DNA of 64,000 nucleotides from an uncultured cyanobacterium (GCA_963710605.1 CAVQBA010000006.1:288001-352000), one strand, 5' to 3'. Counted from the first letter of the stretch, positions 21,108 to 32,494 are shown. Numbers and translations: made by a program. Notes: generated from the sequence alone by a model not told the origin.

Positions 21108-21719
21108 ATGAAAAGATTTATTGCGATCGTTTTACTGACTTTTTTTCTAGTCGTTCCCTCTGCTTGTGCTCAAAACACCAACAGTAATAGTAATAGTACT
21201 ACCGCTACTTTTGCGGGAGGTTGCTTTTGGTGTATGGAAAGTGATTTTGATAAAGTTGATGGAGTATTATCGACAACTTCTGGCTATATAGGAGGGAAAT
21301 TAGATAACCCCACTTATAAGCAAGTTAGTCGAGGTAAAACAGGTCATGCCGAATCAGTAGAAGTAGAGTACGATCCTACTAAAGTAAGTTATCAGCAATT
21401 ATTAGATACTTTCTGGGTTAATGTTGATCCTACCGTCAAAAATCGACAGTTTTGTGACATTGGTAGTCAATATCGTACAGCTATCTTTTATCACAATGAC
21501 CAACAAAAACAGTTAGCATTAGCAAGTAAAAAAAAGATACAAGACAAACTAAATACCAAAGTTTTTACTGAAATTGTTTCTGCCACCAAATTTTATTCAG
21601 CCGAAGGTTATCATCAAGACTACTATCTTAAAAATCCACTTAAATATAAATATTATCGTTTTGCTTGTGGTAGAGATAAACGACTCACCGAACTTTGGGG
21701 CGAATCAGCTACCCATTAA
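21108..21719 (+). CDS. msrA: Methionine-S-sulfoxide reductase with signal peptide
   Basis: GGCFWCME, GHAE, YHQDY; likely start ATG 21108 (MKRFIAIVLL...PSAC). Confidence 0.95.
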   Translation: MKRFIAIVLLTFFLVVPSACAQNTNSNSNSTTATFAGGCFWCMESDFDKVDGVLSTTSGYIGGKLDNPTYKQVSRGKTGHAESVEVEYDPTKVSYQQLLDTFWVNVDPTVKNRQFCDIGSQYRTAIFYHNDQQKQLALASKKKIQDKLNTKVFTEIVSATKFYSAEGYHQDYYLKNPLKYKYYRFACGRDKRLTELWGESATH

Positions 21720-21758
21720 TCAACAATTATTAACCGATTACAATCGATCGGTTATTTT

Positions 21759-21786
21759 GTAGGGGCAGAATATATTCTGCCCCTAC
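21759..21786. repeat. GTAG-type REP-like perfect palindrome GTAGGGGCAGAATATATTCTGCCCCTAC
   Basis: Perfect inverted repeat between convergent genes; contains the stop codon of the 21783..22856 gene; may act as terminator. Confidence 0.85.
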
Positions 21787-22856
21787 TCCATGTGGTGCTT
21801 GAGGTTTTCCGTATGTTTCTGAACAACCCATTGCAAGAAACGATTCCATGCCCACCATCGATCGGGATCGTCGAATTTTTCTTGACATTTGTGACTACTG
21901 ATGTATCCAACATGACCACCATATTTAGTTAAGACTAAATCGATCGCTTTATTTTCTTCACTAATATTGGTAAGATCGTTGACTAAACTGGGTGCGAACA
22001 TCGGATCATCGATCGCATACAGAATTAAAGTCGGTTTAGTAATTTTAGACATGATAGTCAAAGGGCTACTAACTCGGTAATATTCTTCAACGGTAGCGAA
22101 ACCTAATTGAGGAATAACAAGATAGCGATCGAATTCTTGAATACTATTAGCTCGATCGATTTGTTTGCGGCTAATAAAATCAGGATGCGCTTGATGAATT
22201 TCTTCGGCTAATTGTTTTAAAGCACGAGTAATTGCTTTTTCTAAATATTTACCTAAACGATCGTTTTCTAAATAATTTAACGATCGACTTGCATCCAAAC
22301 TAGGACAAATAGCACAACCACCACCAATATCATTTTCCTCTAAATTTAATTCAGGATATTTATCTAACCTCGATGCTTCGTACAAACCCCATAAAGCTAG
22401 TTTTCCTCCTAAAGAATATCCCGTAAACCAAAATTGAGCGGGGCAACCAATTTCTTTAGCTTGACTGGCAATATGAATATAATCTTGCCCTTCATACAAA
22501 CCATCAGATGTTAGATGAGGTGACAATAAAGCTGTTTTACCATGAGCTCTCCAATCGAATAATATCACAGCATAACCTTGAGCATAGGCTTTACGTCCTA
22601 AAATTCTCAAAAACCATTGATTTTCTAATGTTCCTGTAATACCATAAGTACCGACTATCGTACCCTTAGCATTATTTGGGATAGCTACCAAAGCAAAAAT
22701 AGGTACATTATCAGCCCCCTGAAAAATATGCTCTTGATAATCAGGCTCATCATAATCGATCGTTTCTTGCCAGTTTTTCTGTGCCTGTAAAGCGATATAA
22801 ATAGTTTGAACTAAACCGTTACGTAACCAAAACTTAGGTTGATAATGCCACATCAA
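21783..22856 (-). CDS. YheT-like alpha/beta hydrolase
   Basis: GYSLGG nucleophile elbow, DDP, GGHVGY. Confidence 0.88.
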   Translation of the reverse strand: MMWHYQPKFWLRNGLVQTIYIALQAQKNWQETIDYDEPDYQEHIFQGADNVPIFALVAIPNNAKGTIVGTYGITGTLENQWFLRILGRKAYAQGYAVILFDWRAHGKTALLSPHLTSDGLYEGQDYIHIASQAKEIGCPAQFWFTGYSLGGKLALWGLYEASRLDKYPELNLEENDIGGGCAICPSLDASRSLNYLENDRLGKYLEKAITRALKQLAEEIHQAHPDFISRKQIDRANSIQEFDRYLVIPQLGFATVEEYYRVSSPLTIMSKITKPTLILYAIDDPMFAPSLVNDLTNISEENKAIDLVLTKYGGHVGYISSHKCQEKFDDPDRWWAWNRFLQWVVQKHTENLKHHME

Positions 22857-22859
22857 AAG

Positions 22860-22994
22860 AGTAAGGAGTAATGAGTAATGAGTAAGGAGTAATGAGTAAG
22901 GAGTAATGAGTAAGGATGAAGGAATAAGGAATAGAGAATAAAAATTATCAAGTAACTCTTAACTTTTAACTTTTAACTTTTAACTTTTAACTTT
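22860..22994. repeat. Heptamer tandem repeats (GAGTAAG/GAGTAAT)n and (AACTTTT)n
   Basis: Read directly from the sequence. Confidence 0.9.
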
Positions 22995-24211
22995 TACGCG
23001 CTTCTTAAAGCAACAATCGGATCTAATTTAGCGGCTTGTTTAGCAGGTACAACACCAAAAAATAAACCAATTCCACCAGAAATACCGACAGCTAAAACGA
23101 TCGTATTTACTGAAATAGCAGTTGGTAAAGGTGAAACAACGCCAACAGTAAGTAAAACGCCGATACCAATCAACGTACCAACCACACCACCAGTAACACA
23201 GATAATTACAGCTTCAATCATAAACTGTGACAAAACGTCTTGCTCAGTAGCCCCGATCGCTTTTCTCAAGCCTATTTCTTGAGTCCTTTCACTCACAGAA
23301 ACTAACATAATATTCATTACGCCAATACCGCCAACCAAAAGCGAAATACAAGCGATCGCCGCTAACATAATTGTCAATCCTCCTGTGACAGTATTGACGG
23401 TGCTTAAAATATCTTTTTGGGTTTCCACACGAAAATCATCTTCCCCAACTATTTTGTGTCTGAGTCTGAGTAAATTTTCAATTTGAAACTGAGCTGAATC
23501 AATACCGCTTGCTTCTTTCGCCGAAATAGAAATAAAACTTAATTCCATCCCATATTGTGAGGTTTTACCAACTATTTGGTTACCCATAGTTGATAGAGGT
23601 ATATAAATTGTTTCGTCTTGATTATTGCCTAAAGACGAGCCTTTAGATTCCATTATGCCGACAACTTCAAAAGAAACATTTTTAATCCGGATACTTTTAC
23701 CGATCGCATTTTCATTTGGGAAAAAATCTTGGGCAATTTGAGAGCCAAGTATAGCGATTTTATTATTTCTTTTTAAATCTAATTCATTGACAAATCTACC
23801 TTGTTGTAAATCAAAACTACGTACTATCAAAAACTCAGGTGTTGTACCAATAATCGAAACATTATTATTTTTACTCCCAGCGGTAACTAATAAACGGGAA
23901 TTTATTTGTGGTGCAACTTGATCTATACTTGGTACCTGAGATGCGATCGCTTTAGCATCAGCTAAAACTAAAGTATTTGGTGTTTCAAAAGTTGTACGAC
24001 GAGCTTCTCTACTACCTGGTACAACAAATAAAGTATTAGCACCCAAAGACTCAAATTGCTCCGAGGCTAGTTTTTGAGCCGCTTCTCCAATACCGATAAT
24101 CGCAATCACAGAAGCGTTACCAATGATGATACCCAACATGGTTAAACTACTACGCATTTTGTGGCTAACTAAAGTAGTTATCGCCATTTTCATTGAGTCA
24201 CTGAATTTCAT
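22994..24211 (-). CDS. ABC transporter permease, MacB/FtsX family
   Basis: RSSLTMLGIIIG, GGIGVMNIMLVSVSERTQEIGLRKAIGA, PAKQAAKLDPIVALR. Confidence 0.93.
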   Translation of the reverse strand: MKFSDSMKMAITTLVSHKMRSSLTMLGIIIGNASVIAIIGIGEAAQKLASEQFESLGANTLFVVPGSREARRTTFETPNTLVLADAKAIASQVPSIDQVAPQINSRLLVTAGSKNNNVSIIGTTPEFLIVRSFDLQQGRFVNELDLKRNNKIAILGSQIAQDFFPNENAIGKSIRIKNVSFEVVGIMESKGSSLGNNQDETIYIPLSTMGNQIVGKTSQYGMELSFISISAKEASGIDSAQFQIENLLRLRHKIVGEDDFRVETQKDILSTVNTVTGGLTIMLAAIACISLLVGGIGVMNIMLVSVSERTQEIGLRKAIGATEQDVLSQFMIEAVIICVTGGVVGTLIGIGVLLTVGVVSPLPTAISVNTIVLAVGISGGIGLFFGVVPAKQAAKLDPIVALRSA

Positions 24212-24365
24212 CTTCTTACGTCTATATCATTAATAATCGATCGTCTTTACTGTAATTGTAACGTCTAATCAATTAGCAATAGGGAATAGAAAATGAAGAA
24301 ATATTCTCAATTCTCACCGAATAATTGCAAAGCAAGAATTCATCTCAATTCTCAATTCTCAATTC

Positions 24366-25397
24366 TCAATTATCCCGAACTTGCCATTGATCAAAAATAT
24401 CTTTAATCAAGATTTCTTTAACTAAAATTTGACCGATGATAGTTAAAGGTAAAACTAAAAGCAAACCCAATAACCCCAAAAAGTTAGTGTAAACAACTTC
24501 ACCGACAATCACATTAGCTGGAATTAATTTGACTTTATTCGGTCTTAATTTAGCGAGGATAACTCGATCGACAATTACATGAATCACGATATAACTAATT
24601 AAAATTAACCAAGGTTTTAAACCAGAAGTAATAAAAGCGATCGCCATTGGTGAAATGACACTAACTACGACTCCAATATAAGGAGTAAATGCGAGTACTC
24701 CTGCTAATAAAGATTGAGCTAAAACCAAAGGAATTTGAAAAATATATAAGCAAATATAAGTCAAAATAACGATACTAACAATTTTGATAAAAGTATTAAT
24801 TAACCACTCTTCTAAATCTACTTTAATTATTTCAATAATAGTAGTTACTCTAGGACGATAAAAACTGGGGAAAAAACGAATAAATCCTTTTTTATATGCA
24901 ATTGGATCAGCTAAAAACATTAATGTTAAAGCAAATAACAACAAACTGCTTAGTAAAGAGCCTAAAAATCCGGAAATGAAACCTAAACCTTTAGTTAATA
25001 ATTCTCGGAAAATTGCTTGTATTTGTGGTAATATTTCTTCTAAATTAAAGATGAACTGACTAAACTCTGGAGAGATATTGTCTCTTATTTGATCTAAGCG
25101 GATAATAAGTTTGTCTAACCCTACAGGTACTAACTCAAATAGTTGTTGAAATTGAAGAAATAAAGATGGAACAACTAAAGTCGTAAAAGATAAAATCAGA
25201 ATAACAAAACTAATACCTGATACTAAAATAGCATATTGTCTTTTAATATTAATTAGTTCTAGTTTTTTGACAATAAAATTAAGTGTTGAAGCTAAAATTA
25301 CAGCAGTAAAAACCAATAAAATTAGCTTTCTTATTTGCCAAATAATATAGACTAAAATAATAACTGTACTAAAGCTAATCCATTTGGCGAAATTCAT
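24366..25397 (-). CDS. AI-2E (PerM-like) family transporter
   Basis: Multi-TM protein; LAFTPYIG and LGLLGLLLVLPL patterns. Confidence 0.8.
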   Translation of the reverse strand: MNFAKWISFSTVIILVYIIWQIRKLILLVFTAVILASTLNFIVKKLELINIKRQYAILVSGISFVILILSFTTLVVPSLFLQFQQLFELVPVGLDKLIIRLDQIRDNISPEFSQFIFNLEEILPQIQAIFRELLTKGLGFISGFLGSLLSSLLLFALTLMFLADPIAYKKGFIRFFPSFYRPRVTTIIEIIKVDLEEWLINTFIKIVSIVILTYICLYIFQIPLVLAQSLLAGVLAFTPYIGVVVSVISPMAIAFITSGLKPWLILISYIVIHVIVDRVILAKLRPNKVKLIPANVIVGEVVYTNFLGLLGLLLVLPLTIIGQILVKEILIKDIFDQWQVRDN

Positions 25398-25593
25398 TAA
25401 TATTTTTTTTGCTTAAAAAAAGTTGATAGTGGTTAACGATTGTTAAAAAGTTTTTAGTTATGACTAAAAGCCATTAATTATCAATAAAATTTTAATTTTG
25501 TGGTTATCTATCAATAGATAATTATTTTATTTTTGTTGAGTATCTCGTGTACTCAACATGACTGATACTATGGATTCACAGAATAAAAATTAC

Positions 25594-25791
25594 TTAACTT
25601 TTAAACTGCTTATGTCTAAGTAAAAGAATAAATAACAAACTTAGTACAGGTGATAAAATAATTGATAAAGCTAAATAGATTTGATGATCACTAATCAACC
25701 AATTATCTAAACCGTATTTGATAAAAAAAGACATGATAGCTGAAAAAAGAGTAACTTTACTAATAAAAAATAACTGATCTTTGGTCAACAT
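25594..25791 (-). CDS. Small two-TM hypothetical protein
   Basis: KVTLFSAIMSFFIKYG...LALSIILSP pattern of small cyanobacterial membrane proteins. Confidence 0.6.
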   Translation of the reverse strand: MLTKDQLFFISKVTLFSAIMSFFIKYGLDNWLISDHQIYLALSIILSPVLSLLFILLLRHKQFKS

Positions 25792-26094
25792 AATATTACA
25801 AAAGCAAAATAAAATAAAGTTTTTTCTAGTTTAAATATTAATTTGTTATCATTAAGCTGAAGTATTAAAATTATATATGATCAATACATTAAAAAAGCAT
25901 TCAACTTATAAGTTAATTTAACTAGCTATTGTATAAATTAATTAATAATATAATCAAATAATAATCATTAGGTTACTAAATTTAATTTAACTCAATTTGT
26001 TTTAATCAAGTTTAAAAAAATTACTTATTACTTATTAATATATTCTTAAATAAGTAGTTTGTAATCTAATTTATTTATTGATAGACTAAAATTT

Positions 26095-26652
26095 TTATTT
26101 TAATTTCTTTTTGATAAAAGATACGATTTGATTCATTTGTTTTTTGAGAATAACAACTTCAGATTCTAATTTAGTAACCTTAGCTTGTAGCTGTTTGACT
26201 TGAATACTGTCGTCGGATACATTACCTGTTGTTGCTGTAGCCGAAGAAGTTGAACCAACATTAAGTTTAGCTAATTGCTTGGATTTCTCCATCGATTCAC
26301 GAATTCCTTGAATTAGCTGTTTTTGATCGAAGGGTTTTTCTAAGAAAGAAAAAAACTCAAACGGTTCGCGTATCTTCTCGGTTACTTCATCTTTTCTTCC
26401 TGACATCATTAGCAAAGGAATTGCTTTAAGTGTAGGATCTTTTTGGATGGTTTGATAAACTTCATAACCGCTTTTTTTAGGCAAAAAGAAGTCCAACATA
26501 ATCAAATTAGGATTACAACTTCTCACTAATTCTAGTGCTTGTAGTCCATCTTTTGCTTCTACGACTTCAAATTTTCCCTCTGGTAACATATCTTTGACAG
26601 TTCTTCTGATGACCATACTGTCATCGATAACTAAAATTTTGTGGGTAGGCAC
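26095..26652 (-). CDS. Response regulator: receiver domain plus C-terminal coiled coil
   Basis: ILVIDDS, LIMLD, KPF; no DNA-binding domain visible. Confidence 0.9.
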   Translation of the reverse strand: MPTHKILVIDDSMVIRRTVKDMLPEGKFEVVEAKDGLQALELVRSCNPNLIMLDFFLPKKSGYEVYQTIQKDPTLKAIPLLMMSGRKDEVTEKIREPFEFFSFLEKPFDQKQLIQGIRESMEKSKQLAKLNVGSTSSATATTGNVSDDSIQVKQLQAKVTKLESEVVILKKQMNQIVSFIKKKLK

Positions 26653-26751
26653 AAATAAACTCCTTACAACTATAAAAACTCTAAGTAACTATTAGATTAA
26701 GTATATTAAACTATGATGAAAAGTGATTATTTTCTCTAATTTTTTCTAATC

Positions 26752-27654
26752 ATGATTAATGATGTTAATACAGATTTGAACCTAAAGTCTAATTTAGTTA
26801 ATTTACCTCCTTGGTTACGATCGTCTATTGGTAAAGCATCACAAATTTCTCATGTGCAAAAAATAATCAAAGAAAGAAACATTCATACTATCTGTGAAGA
26901 AGGGCGTTGTCCAAATCGAGCCGAATGTTATTCTCAAGGTACAGCAACTTTTCTGTTGATGGGACTTATTTGCACCCGTAATTGTGGTTTTTGCCAAGTT
27001 TCTAAAGGAGTACCTCCTCAAGATTTAGATGCCGATGAGCCTCAAAAAGTAGCCGAATCCGTTAACTTACTCCAGCTTAAGTATGTCGTATTGACTTCGG
27101 TAGCTAGGGATGATTTAGAGGATGGGGGTGCTAGTTGGTTTGTTAAGGTTATTAACGCTATTCGGCACTCAAATCCTGACACCAAAATAGAAGTTCTTAC
27201 TCCCGATTTTGGAACGAGAAAAAATGCTCAATGGCAACAAAGAAAAAGTATTAAAACTATTGTTGATGTTCATCCTGCTTGTTATAACCATAATTTAGAA
27301 ACTGTGGCTAGATTACAAAATACTGTTCGTAGAGGGGCAAAATACGATCGTTCTTTACGAGTATTAAAGATAGTTAAAGAATTAAATCCTCAGATACCAA
27401 CAAAATCAGGCTTAATGTTAGGCTTAGGAGAAACCAAGTCCGAAATTATTTCGACTTTGGAAGATTTGAGGAAAGTAAAATGCGATCGTCTTACATTAGG
27501 ACAATATTTACGACCATCTTTAGCTCATTTACCTGTCGAAAAATATTGGACTCCTACAGAATTTACGGAACTAAAAACTATAGCTGAGAGTCTTGGTTTT
27601 ATAAAAGTAAGTAGTGGACCTTTAGTTAGAAGTTCTTATCACGCTGAAGATTAA
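26752..27654 (+). CDS. lipA: Lipoyl synthase
   Basis: [27 protein letters not shown]. Confidence 0.96.
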   Translation: MINDVNTDLNLKSNLVNLPPWLRSSIGKASQISHVQKIIKERNIHTICEEGRCPNRAECYSQGTATFLLMGLICTRNCGFCQVSKGVPPQDLDADEPQKVAESVNLLQLKYVVLTSVARDDLEDGGASWFVKVINAIRHSNPDTKIEVLTPDFGTRKNAQWQQRKSIKTIVDVHPACYNHNLETVARLQNTVRRGAKYDRSLRVLKIVKELNPQIPTKSGLMLGLGETKSEIISTLEDLRKVKCDRLTLGQYLRPSLAHLPVEKYWTPTEFTELKTIAESLGFIKVSSGPLVRSSYHAED

Positions 27655-28108
27655 ATTTAATTAATTTTCTAATTTTTTAATAATTTAACTTAATCTTATC
27701 TATTAACTGTAATAATTAATACATATTTTTATTTTATTTTATAGCTTACTGTTATAATTAGCAAGTCATTTATTCCTATTGGTTGATGGACACTTTTTTA
27801 CTTTAGTTTATGATAAAATATCAGGAAAATTGGCTATATTAATGTTTATAATCAAATCAATGATTCAAAGCATGAGTATAATAAATAAGAACTTACTCTT
27901 GTCAAATCTGTAGATCAAAATCTAAAATATAAACAAATTTTATTAATAATTAAAGTGCTAAAGTATCATCTTTATCAAAACTTTAATAAATAAGTAGTTA
28001 TTAATGCTGATCTACTAATTATTTTCAGTATAATTACTGAAAGCAATAATTAAAAAATAGTTAATAATTAAGACAAATGATATCTAACAAATATCTGAAA
28101 TTAGACCT

Positions 28109-28813
28109 ATGACATTATCAAAACGTATTCCTTTGACAAATAGCTCTCAAACCATTAAACAAAATAAGAAATTGTCTTCAAACTATACTATTTCATCTTC
28201 ATCAGTTCATCCTTCAGTCAAAAGTTTTATTAAAAGACTAATTGATATAGCTGGTGCGATCGTGGGTTTAGTTCTAACCGCAATTATTATTATTCCATTA
28301 GCAATAATAATCAAATTAGATAGTAATGGACCTATTTTGTATAGTCAAATTCGTTGTGGCTTAGGTAATAAAAAGTTTCGGATTTGGAAATTTCGTTCGA
28401 TGTATGTAGATGCAGATCAAAAAAAGCATTTAGTTAAAAATAATGCGAAAGGACATATTTTTAAAAATGATCAAAATCCTCGCATCACTAGGGTAGGTAA
28501 GTTTATTCGTCGTAGTAGTTTAGATGAATTTCCTCAATTTTGGAATGTTTTATTAGGGGATATGAGTTTAGTCGGTACTCGCCCTCCTACTCCTGATGAA
28601 GTTGAAAATTATGATGAGCATCATTTACAACGATTAAATATTAAACCCGGAATAACAGGAGAGTGGCAAGTAAATGGTAGATCGTCAATTGAAGATTTTG
28701 AAGATATTGTTAAATTAGATTTAGAATATCAACATAAATGGTCTAACTTATATGATCTTAGTTTAATTCTTCAAACAATTTCTGTAGTTTTTAAATGTAA
28801 AGGGGCTCATTAA
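28109..28813 (+). CDS. Initiating polyprenyl-phosphate sugar transferase (WcaJ/RfbP C-terminal type)
   Basis: KRLIDI, WKFRSM, PRITRVG, SLDEFPQ, GDMSLVGTRP, KPGITG. Confidence 0.92.
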   Translation: MTLSKRIPLTNSSQTIKQNKKLSSNYTISSSSVHPSVKSFIKRLIDIAGAIVGLVLTAIIIIPLAIIIKLDSNGPILYSQIRCGLGNKKFRIWKFRSMYVDADQKKHLVKNNAKGHIFKNDQNPRITRVGKFIRRSSLDEFPQFWNVLLGDMSLVGTRPPTPDEVENYDEHHLQRLNIKPGITGEWQVNGRSSIEDFEDIVKLDLEYQHKWSNLYDLSLILQTISVVFKCKGAH

Positions 28814-28865
28814 TCAAAAATTAATATATGATATACAGAAGAAATTTGCTAACTAGTTCGATCGT

Positions 28866-29600
28866 ATGATCAAATATCAAACACAAAAAAGTTTTTCACT
28901 TAAAGTAGTTAACGTCTTCAAAATTATCATTGTCTTAATTATTGTTTCAGGAGTAGGTAATTTATTTGTTGCTGAGGAAAAAAAAACAGAGCTGAAAAAA
29001 GCTAGTCAGCAAATTATCTCTACTATCTCTGGAAGCCCTCCTCTGGCTATGAAAGGTGGTAATCCTCGTATCAGAGCTTTAATGCGAACGATTAGTTCTA
29101 GCGAAGCAAATTATATTAAACCTTATAATGTTATTTATGGTGGTGAGCATATAGAGGATTTGAGTCAACATCCTAATGTATGTATCAAAATTAGTAATGG
29201 TCCTAACAGAGGTAATTGTTCTACTGCCGCTGGAAGATATCAGTTTTTAAACACTACTTGGGCGGAAAAATCAGCTTTATATCATTCTGAGCCTAATTCA
29301 TTTGTTGTCTGGAAAAAATATAGTTTTGAAGCGATACATCAAGACGAAGTTTTATACAAATGGTTAACTGATTCACAAGCTTGGGAAAAAGATATTGTTT
29401 TGTTATTAGAAGAAGGAAATATAGAAAAAGTTTTAGAAGTTTTATCCCCTACTTGGACAAGTTTAGGTTATGGCATCGAAGATAATGTTATGACTAGGCA
29501 TTTACCGACTATTTACCGTAAACTGCTTAAAGAAGAATTTAAAAATATTAATCGTCAATCAATCATTAATCATCAACAATCCACTGTCAATGGAGAATAG
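28866..29600 (+). CDS. Membrane-anchored lambda-lysozyme-like muramidase (GH104 type)
   Basis: RALMRTISSSE, YNVIYGG, STAAGRYQFLNTTW, WTSL; N-terminal TM segment. Confidence 0.8.
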   Translation: MIKYQTQKSFSLKVVNVFKIIIVLIIVSGVGNLFVAEEKKTELKKASQQIISTISGSPPLAMKGGNPRIRALMRTISSSEANYIKPYNVIYGGEHIEDLSQHPNVCIKISNGPNRGNCSTAAGRYQFLNTTWAEKSALYHSEPNSFVVWKKYSFEAIHQDEVLYKWLTDSQAWEKDIVLLLEEGNIEKVLEVLSPTWTSLGYGIEDNVMTRHLPTIYRKLLKEEFKNINRQSIINHQQSTVNGE

Positions 29601-29954
29601 AAAACGATCGATTAACTAGTCTTTCGTCCACTGTTAAACAAAATCATAAAATTAATCTGTGTTTTTTTTTGATTAATCTGTGTTTTTTTTTGATTAATTT
29701 GCTGATTAGTATTTCTTCATTTTCAGCTATCATCATCATCATCGTAATTATATTTAGCATTAATTCTGGTTGATTAAATATAATTACGACAAAAACCTAA
29801 TCAACTTTAGATGATTTATCTAACAAATTAAATATAATTAGATCAATAAGTAATTTTATTAGATAAACTTAAGTGAGTTGATTAAGTAATTAACGATCGT
29901 TTTCTGAGCTATACGTACGTATATTATTTTTGTTTTTTCCGCTCAAATTAGTAA

Positions 29955-31193
29955 TTAACTAAAATTCATCTTCGTCGTGATTCTTTTCATTGCTTCGATT
30001 ACATTGTTTCGACTATTAAAAGCACTTAAACGGAAATAACCTTCTCCTGCCGCACCAAAACCCGAACCCGGTGTACCGACAATATTGACGTTATAAAGTA
30101 GTTTATCAAAGAAATCCCAACTAGATACACCATCAGGAGTTTTAACCCAAACATAAGGTGCATTAACACCACCATAGACATCTAATCGGGCCGAGGTCAA
30201 TTCTTCACGAATAATTCGAGCGTTTTCGAGATAAAAACTAACTAATTCACTAATTTGTTTTTTTCCTGACTCAGAATAAACCGCTTCAGCACCACGTTGT
30301 ACGATATAAGAAACACCGTTAAATTTAGTTGATTGACGACGATTCCATAATTTCCAAATTTCAACTTCACTACCGTCACTAGCTTTACCTTTAAGATTTT
30401 TAGGCACTACAGTGAAGGCACAACGAGTACCTGTGAAACCAGCATTTTTAGAAAAAGAACGAAATTCGATCGCACAATCTCTCGCACCTTCGATTTCGTA
30501 TATCGAATGAGGTAATGTTTCATCAGTAATAAACGCTTCATAAGCCGCATCAAAAAGAATGATAGCGTCATTTTCTAAGGCATATTTCACCCATGATTGC
30601 AAATACTCTTTAGTTGCCGTTGCCCCAGTTGGGTTGTTAGGGAAACAAAGATAGATTAAATCAACCGACTCGGTGGGTAACTGTGCCGTAAAATCATTAT
30701 CCGCACTGATAGGTAAATAAACTAAACCTTCATATTCTCCTTTTTCGTTGGCTTCGCCCGTGTTACCTGCCATAACATTGGTATCAACATAAACAGGGTA
30801 AACAGGGTCAGTTACAGCAATTTTGTTATCTGAGCCAAAAATATCGAGTATATTACCACAGTCACACTTAGAACCATCGGAGATAAAGATTTCATCGGCG
30901 GATACATCACACCCACGACTTTGGAAATCATGTTGAGCGATCGCTTCTCTCAACCAAGGATAACCTTGCTCCGGGCCATAACCACGAAAACTTGCCCTAT
31001 CTGCCATCTCGACGATCGCCTCTTTCATTGCCTCCCTAGAAGCGTCTGGTAAAGGTTCGGTAACGTCTCCAATACCTAGTTTAATAATATTGGCATTAGG
31101 ATTGTCTTGAGCAAAAGCATTTACTCGTCTGCCAATTTCAGGAAATAAATAACCTGCTTTTAGTTTTAAATAATTATCGTTTATTCTCGCCAT
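29955..31193 (-). CDS. dapL: LL-diaminopimelate aminotransferase
   Basis: [41 protein letters not shown]. Confidence 0.97.
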   Translation of the reverse strand: MARINDNYLKLKAGYLFPEIGRRVNAFAQDNPNANIIKLGIGDVTEPLPDASREAMKEAIVEMADRASFRGYGPEQGYPWLREAIAQHDFQSRGCDVSADEIFISDGSKCDCGNILDIFGSDNKIAVTDPVYPVYVDTNVMAGNTGEANEKGEYEGLVYLPISADNDFTAQLPTESVDLIYLCFPNNPTGATATKEYLQSWVKYALENDAIILFDAAYEAFITDETLPHSIYEIEGARDCAIEFRSFSKNAGFTGTRCAFTVVPKNLKGKASDGSEVEIWKLWNRRQSTKFNGVSYIVQRGAEAVYSESGKKQISELVSFYLENARIIREELTSARLDVYGGVNAPYVWVKTPDGVSSWDFFDKLLYNVNIVGTPGSGFGAAGEGYFRLSAFNSRNNVIEAMKRITTKMNFS

Positions 31194-31257
31194 TCTAAAT
31201 CAATTGTTCGCTAATTGTTTTTAGTTTATCATTATTTTTAAACCCTAATTATTAGTT

Positions 31258-32061
31258 ATGAAAATTCCTTCTGTTTTAACCATTGCCGGTTCAGATAGTG
31301 GTGGTGGTGCAGGTATTCAAGCTGATTTAAAAACCTTTGTCTGTCATCAAGTACATGGTGCGAGTGTCATTACTTGTATCACAGCTCAAAATACTCATGC
31401 TGTTACTGATGTGATGGCTATACCTGAATCGATGATATTGAGTCAACTAGAAGCCGTTACCAGTGATTTAGAAATCGCCGCCCTTAAAACTGGTATGTTA
31501 CTTAACTCAGAAATTATCTTAACAGTAGCTAATTTTTTAAAGCAAAAATCATTACCAAATATTGTAGTTGATCCTGTGATGGTTTCACGTACAGGATCGG
31601 TTTTAATTGACGAAAAGGCAATAACAACTATGGTTGAGGAATTAATTCCTTTAGCTTTACTTGTAACGCCTAATATTTATGAAGCTCAAATTTTGAGTGG
31701 GATAAAAACGATCGATAATATTGACGATATGCTACAAGCCGCCCATAAGATTTATCAGTTAGGAGCAAAAAATATTTTGATTAAAGGTGGTAATGCTAAA
31801 GATAAATTGAAAGCGATCGATCTTTTTTATGATGGTAAGCAAATGCAAACTCAACAAGCAGAAGTTGTTAACACTTCTAATACACATGGCACAGGTTGTA
31901 CATCAAGTGCGGCAATTACAGCTAACTTAGCTCAAGGTAAATCGTTATTTAACGCTGTTGCTCAAGCAAAAGAATATGTTACCCACGCCTTAGAATTTGG
32001 CTTGGATATAGGTTCAGGAAATGGTCCTGTTGGACATATTTATCCCGTTATTAATAATTAA
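31258..32061 (+). CDS. thiD: Hydroxymethylpyrimidine/phosphomethylpyrimidine kinase
   Basis: IAGSDSGGGAGIQADLK, DPVM, THGTGC. Confidence 0.96.
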   Translation: MKIPSVLTIAGSDSGGGAGIQADLKTFVCHQVHGASVITCITAQNTHAVTDVMAIPESMILSQLEAVTSDLEIAALKTGMLLNSEIILTVANFLKQKSLPNIVVDPVMVSRTGSVLIDEKAITTMVEELIPLALLVTPNIYEAQILSGIKTIDNIDDMLQAAHKIYQLGAKNILIKGGNAKDKLKAIDLFYDGKQMQTQQAEVVNTSNTHGTGCTSSAAITANLAQGKSLFNAVAQAKEYVTHALEFGLDIGSGNGPVGHIYPVINN

Positions 32062-32094
32062 ATTAACTCTTAACTCTTAACTTTTAACTTTTAA

Positions 32095-32427
32095 CTAATT
32101 GTTACCACAACAAGTATCGATACCGAGACTTTTAAGAATTAAATCACTAACAGCGTTGGCGATCGCAAATTCGCTATAAAAACTTTTTTGAAAATCAAAA
32201 GATTGCATCTCTGTTACGATCGCAATTACTAAACTACCCAAATCATTTTCGCCTTCTAAACGATGACGCATAAAAATTTGTGATGCCCTTAAAGCAATAG
32301 TTTGATTAATTAATTCAGGTAAAAACTCCTCGTCTAACCATTGGTGTAAACTCACCTTTAGCCATTCTTTTTCTTGTTCAGGATTTTCGACAGGAGGTAA
32401 AACAATCGGTGGAATAGGTTCAGACAT
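32095..32427 (-). CDS. Conserved hypothetical cyanobacterial protein
   Basis: 110-aa ORF with WLDEEFLPE and EFAIANAVSDL. Confidence 0.75.
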   Translation of the reverse strand: MSEPIPPIVLPPVENPEQEKEWLKVSLHQWLDEEFLPELINQTIALRASQIFMRHRLEGENDLGSLVIAIVTEMQSFDFQKSFYSEFAIANAVSDLILKSLGIDTCCGNN

Positions 32428-32494
32428 GATTAAATATAAATATAAAGATAAATTTTTTTCTTAATACAAATTATATATATTTGCTTGAAGATTT

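Noticed and set aside
29651-29698. 21-nt tandem duplication with T tracts; a similar 21-nt duplication lies at 34909-34959
   Set aside because: Only about two adjacent units with no spacers; simple slippage duplication or terminator region
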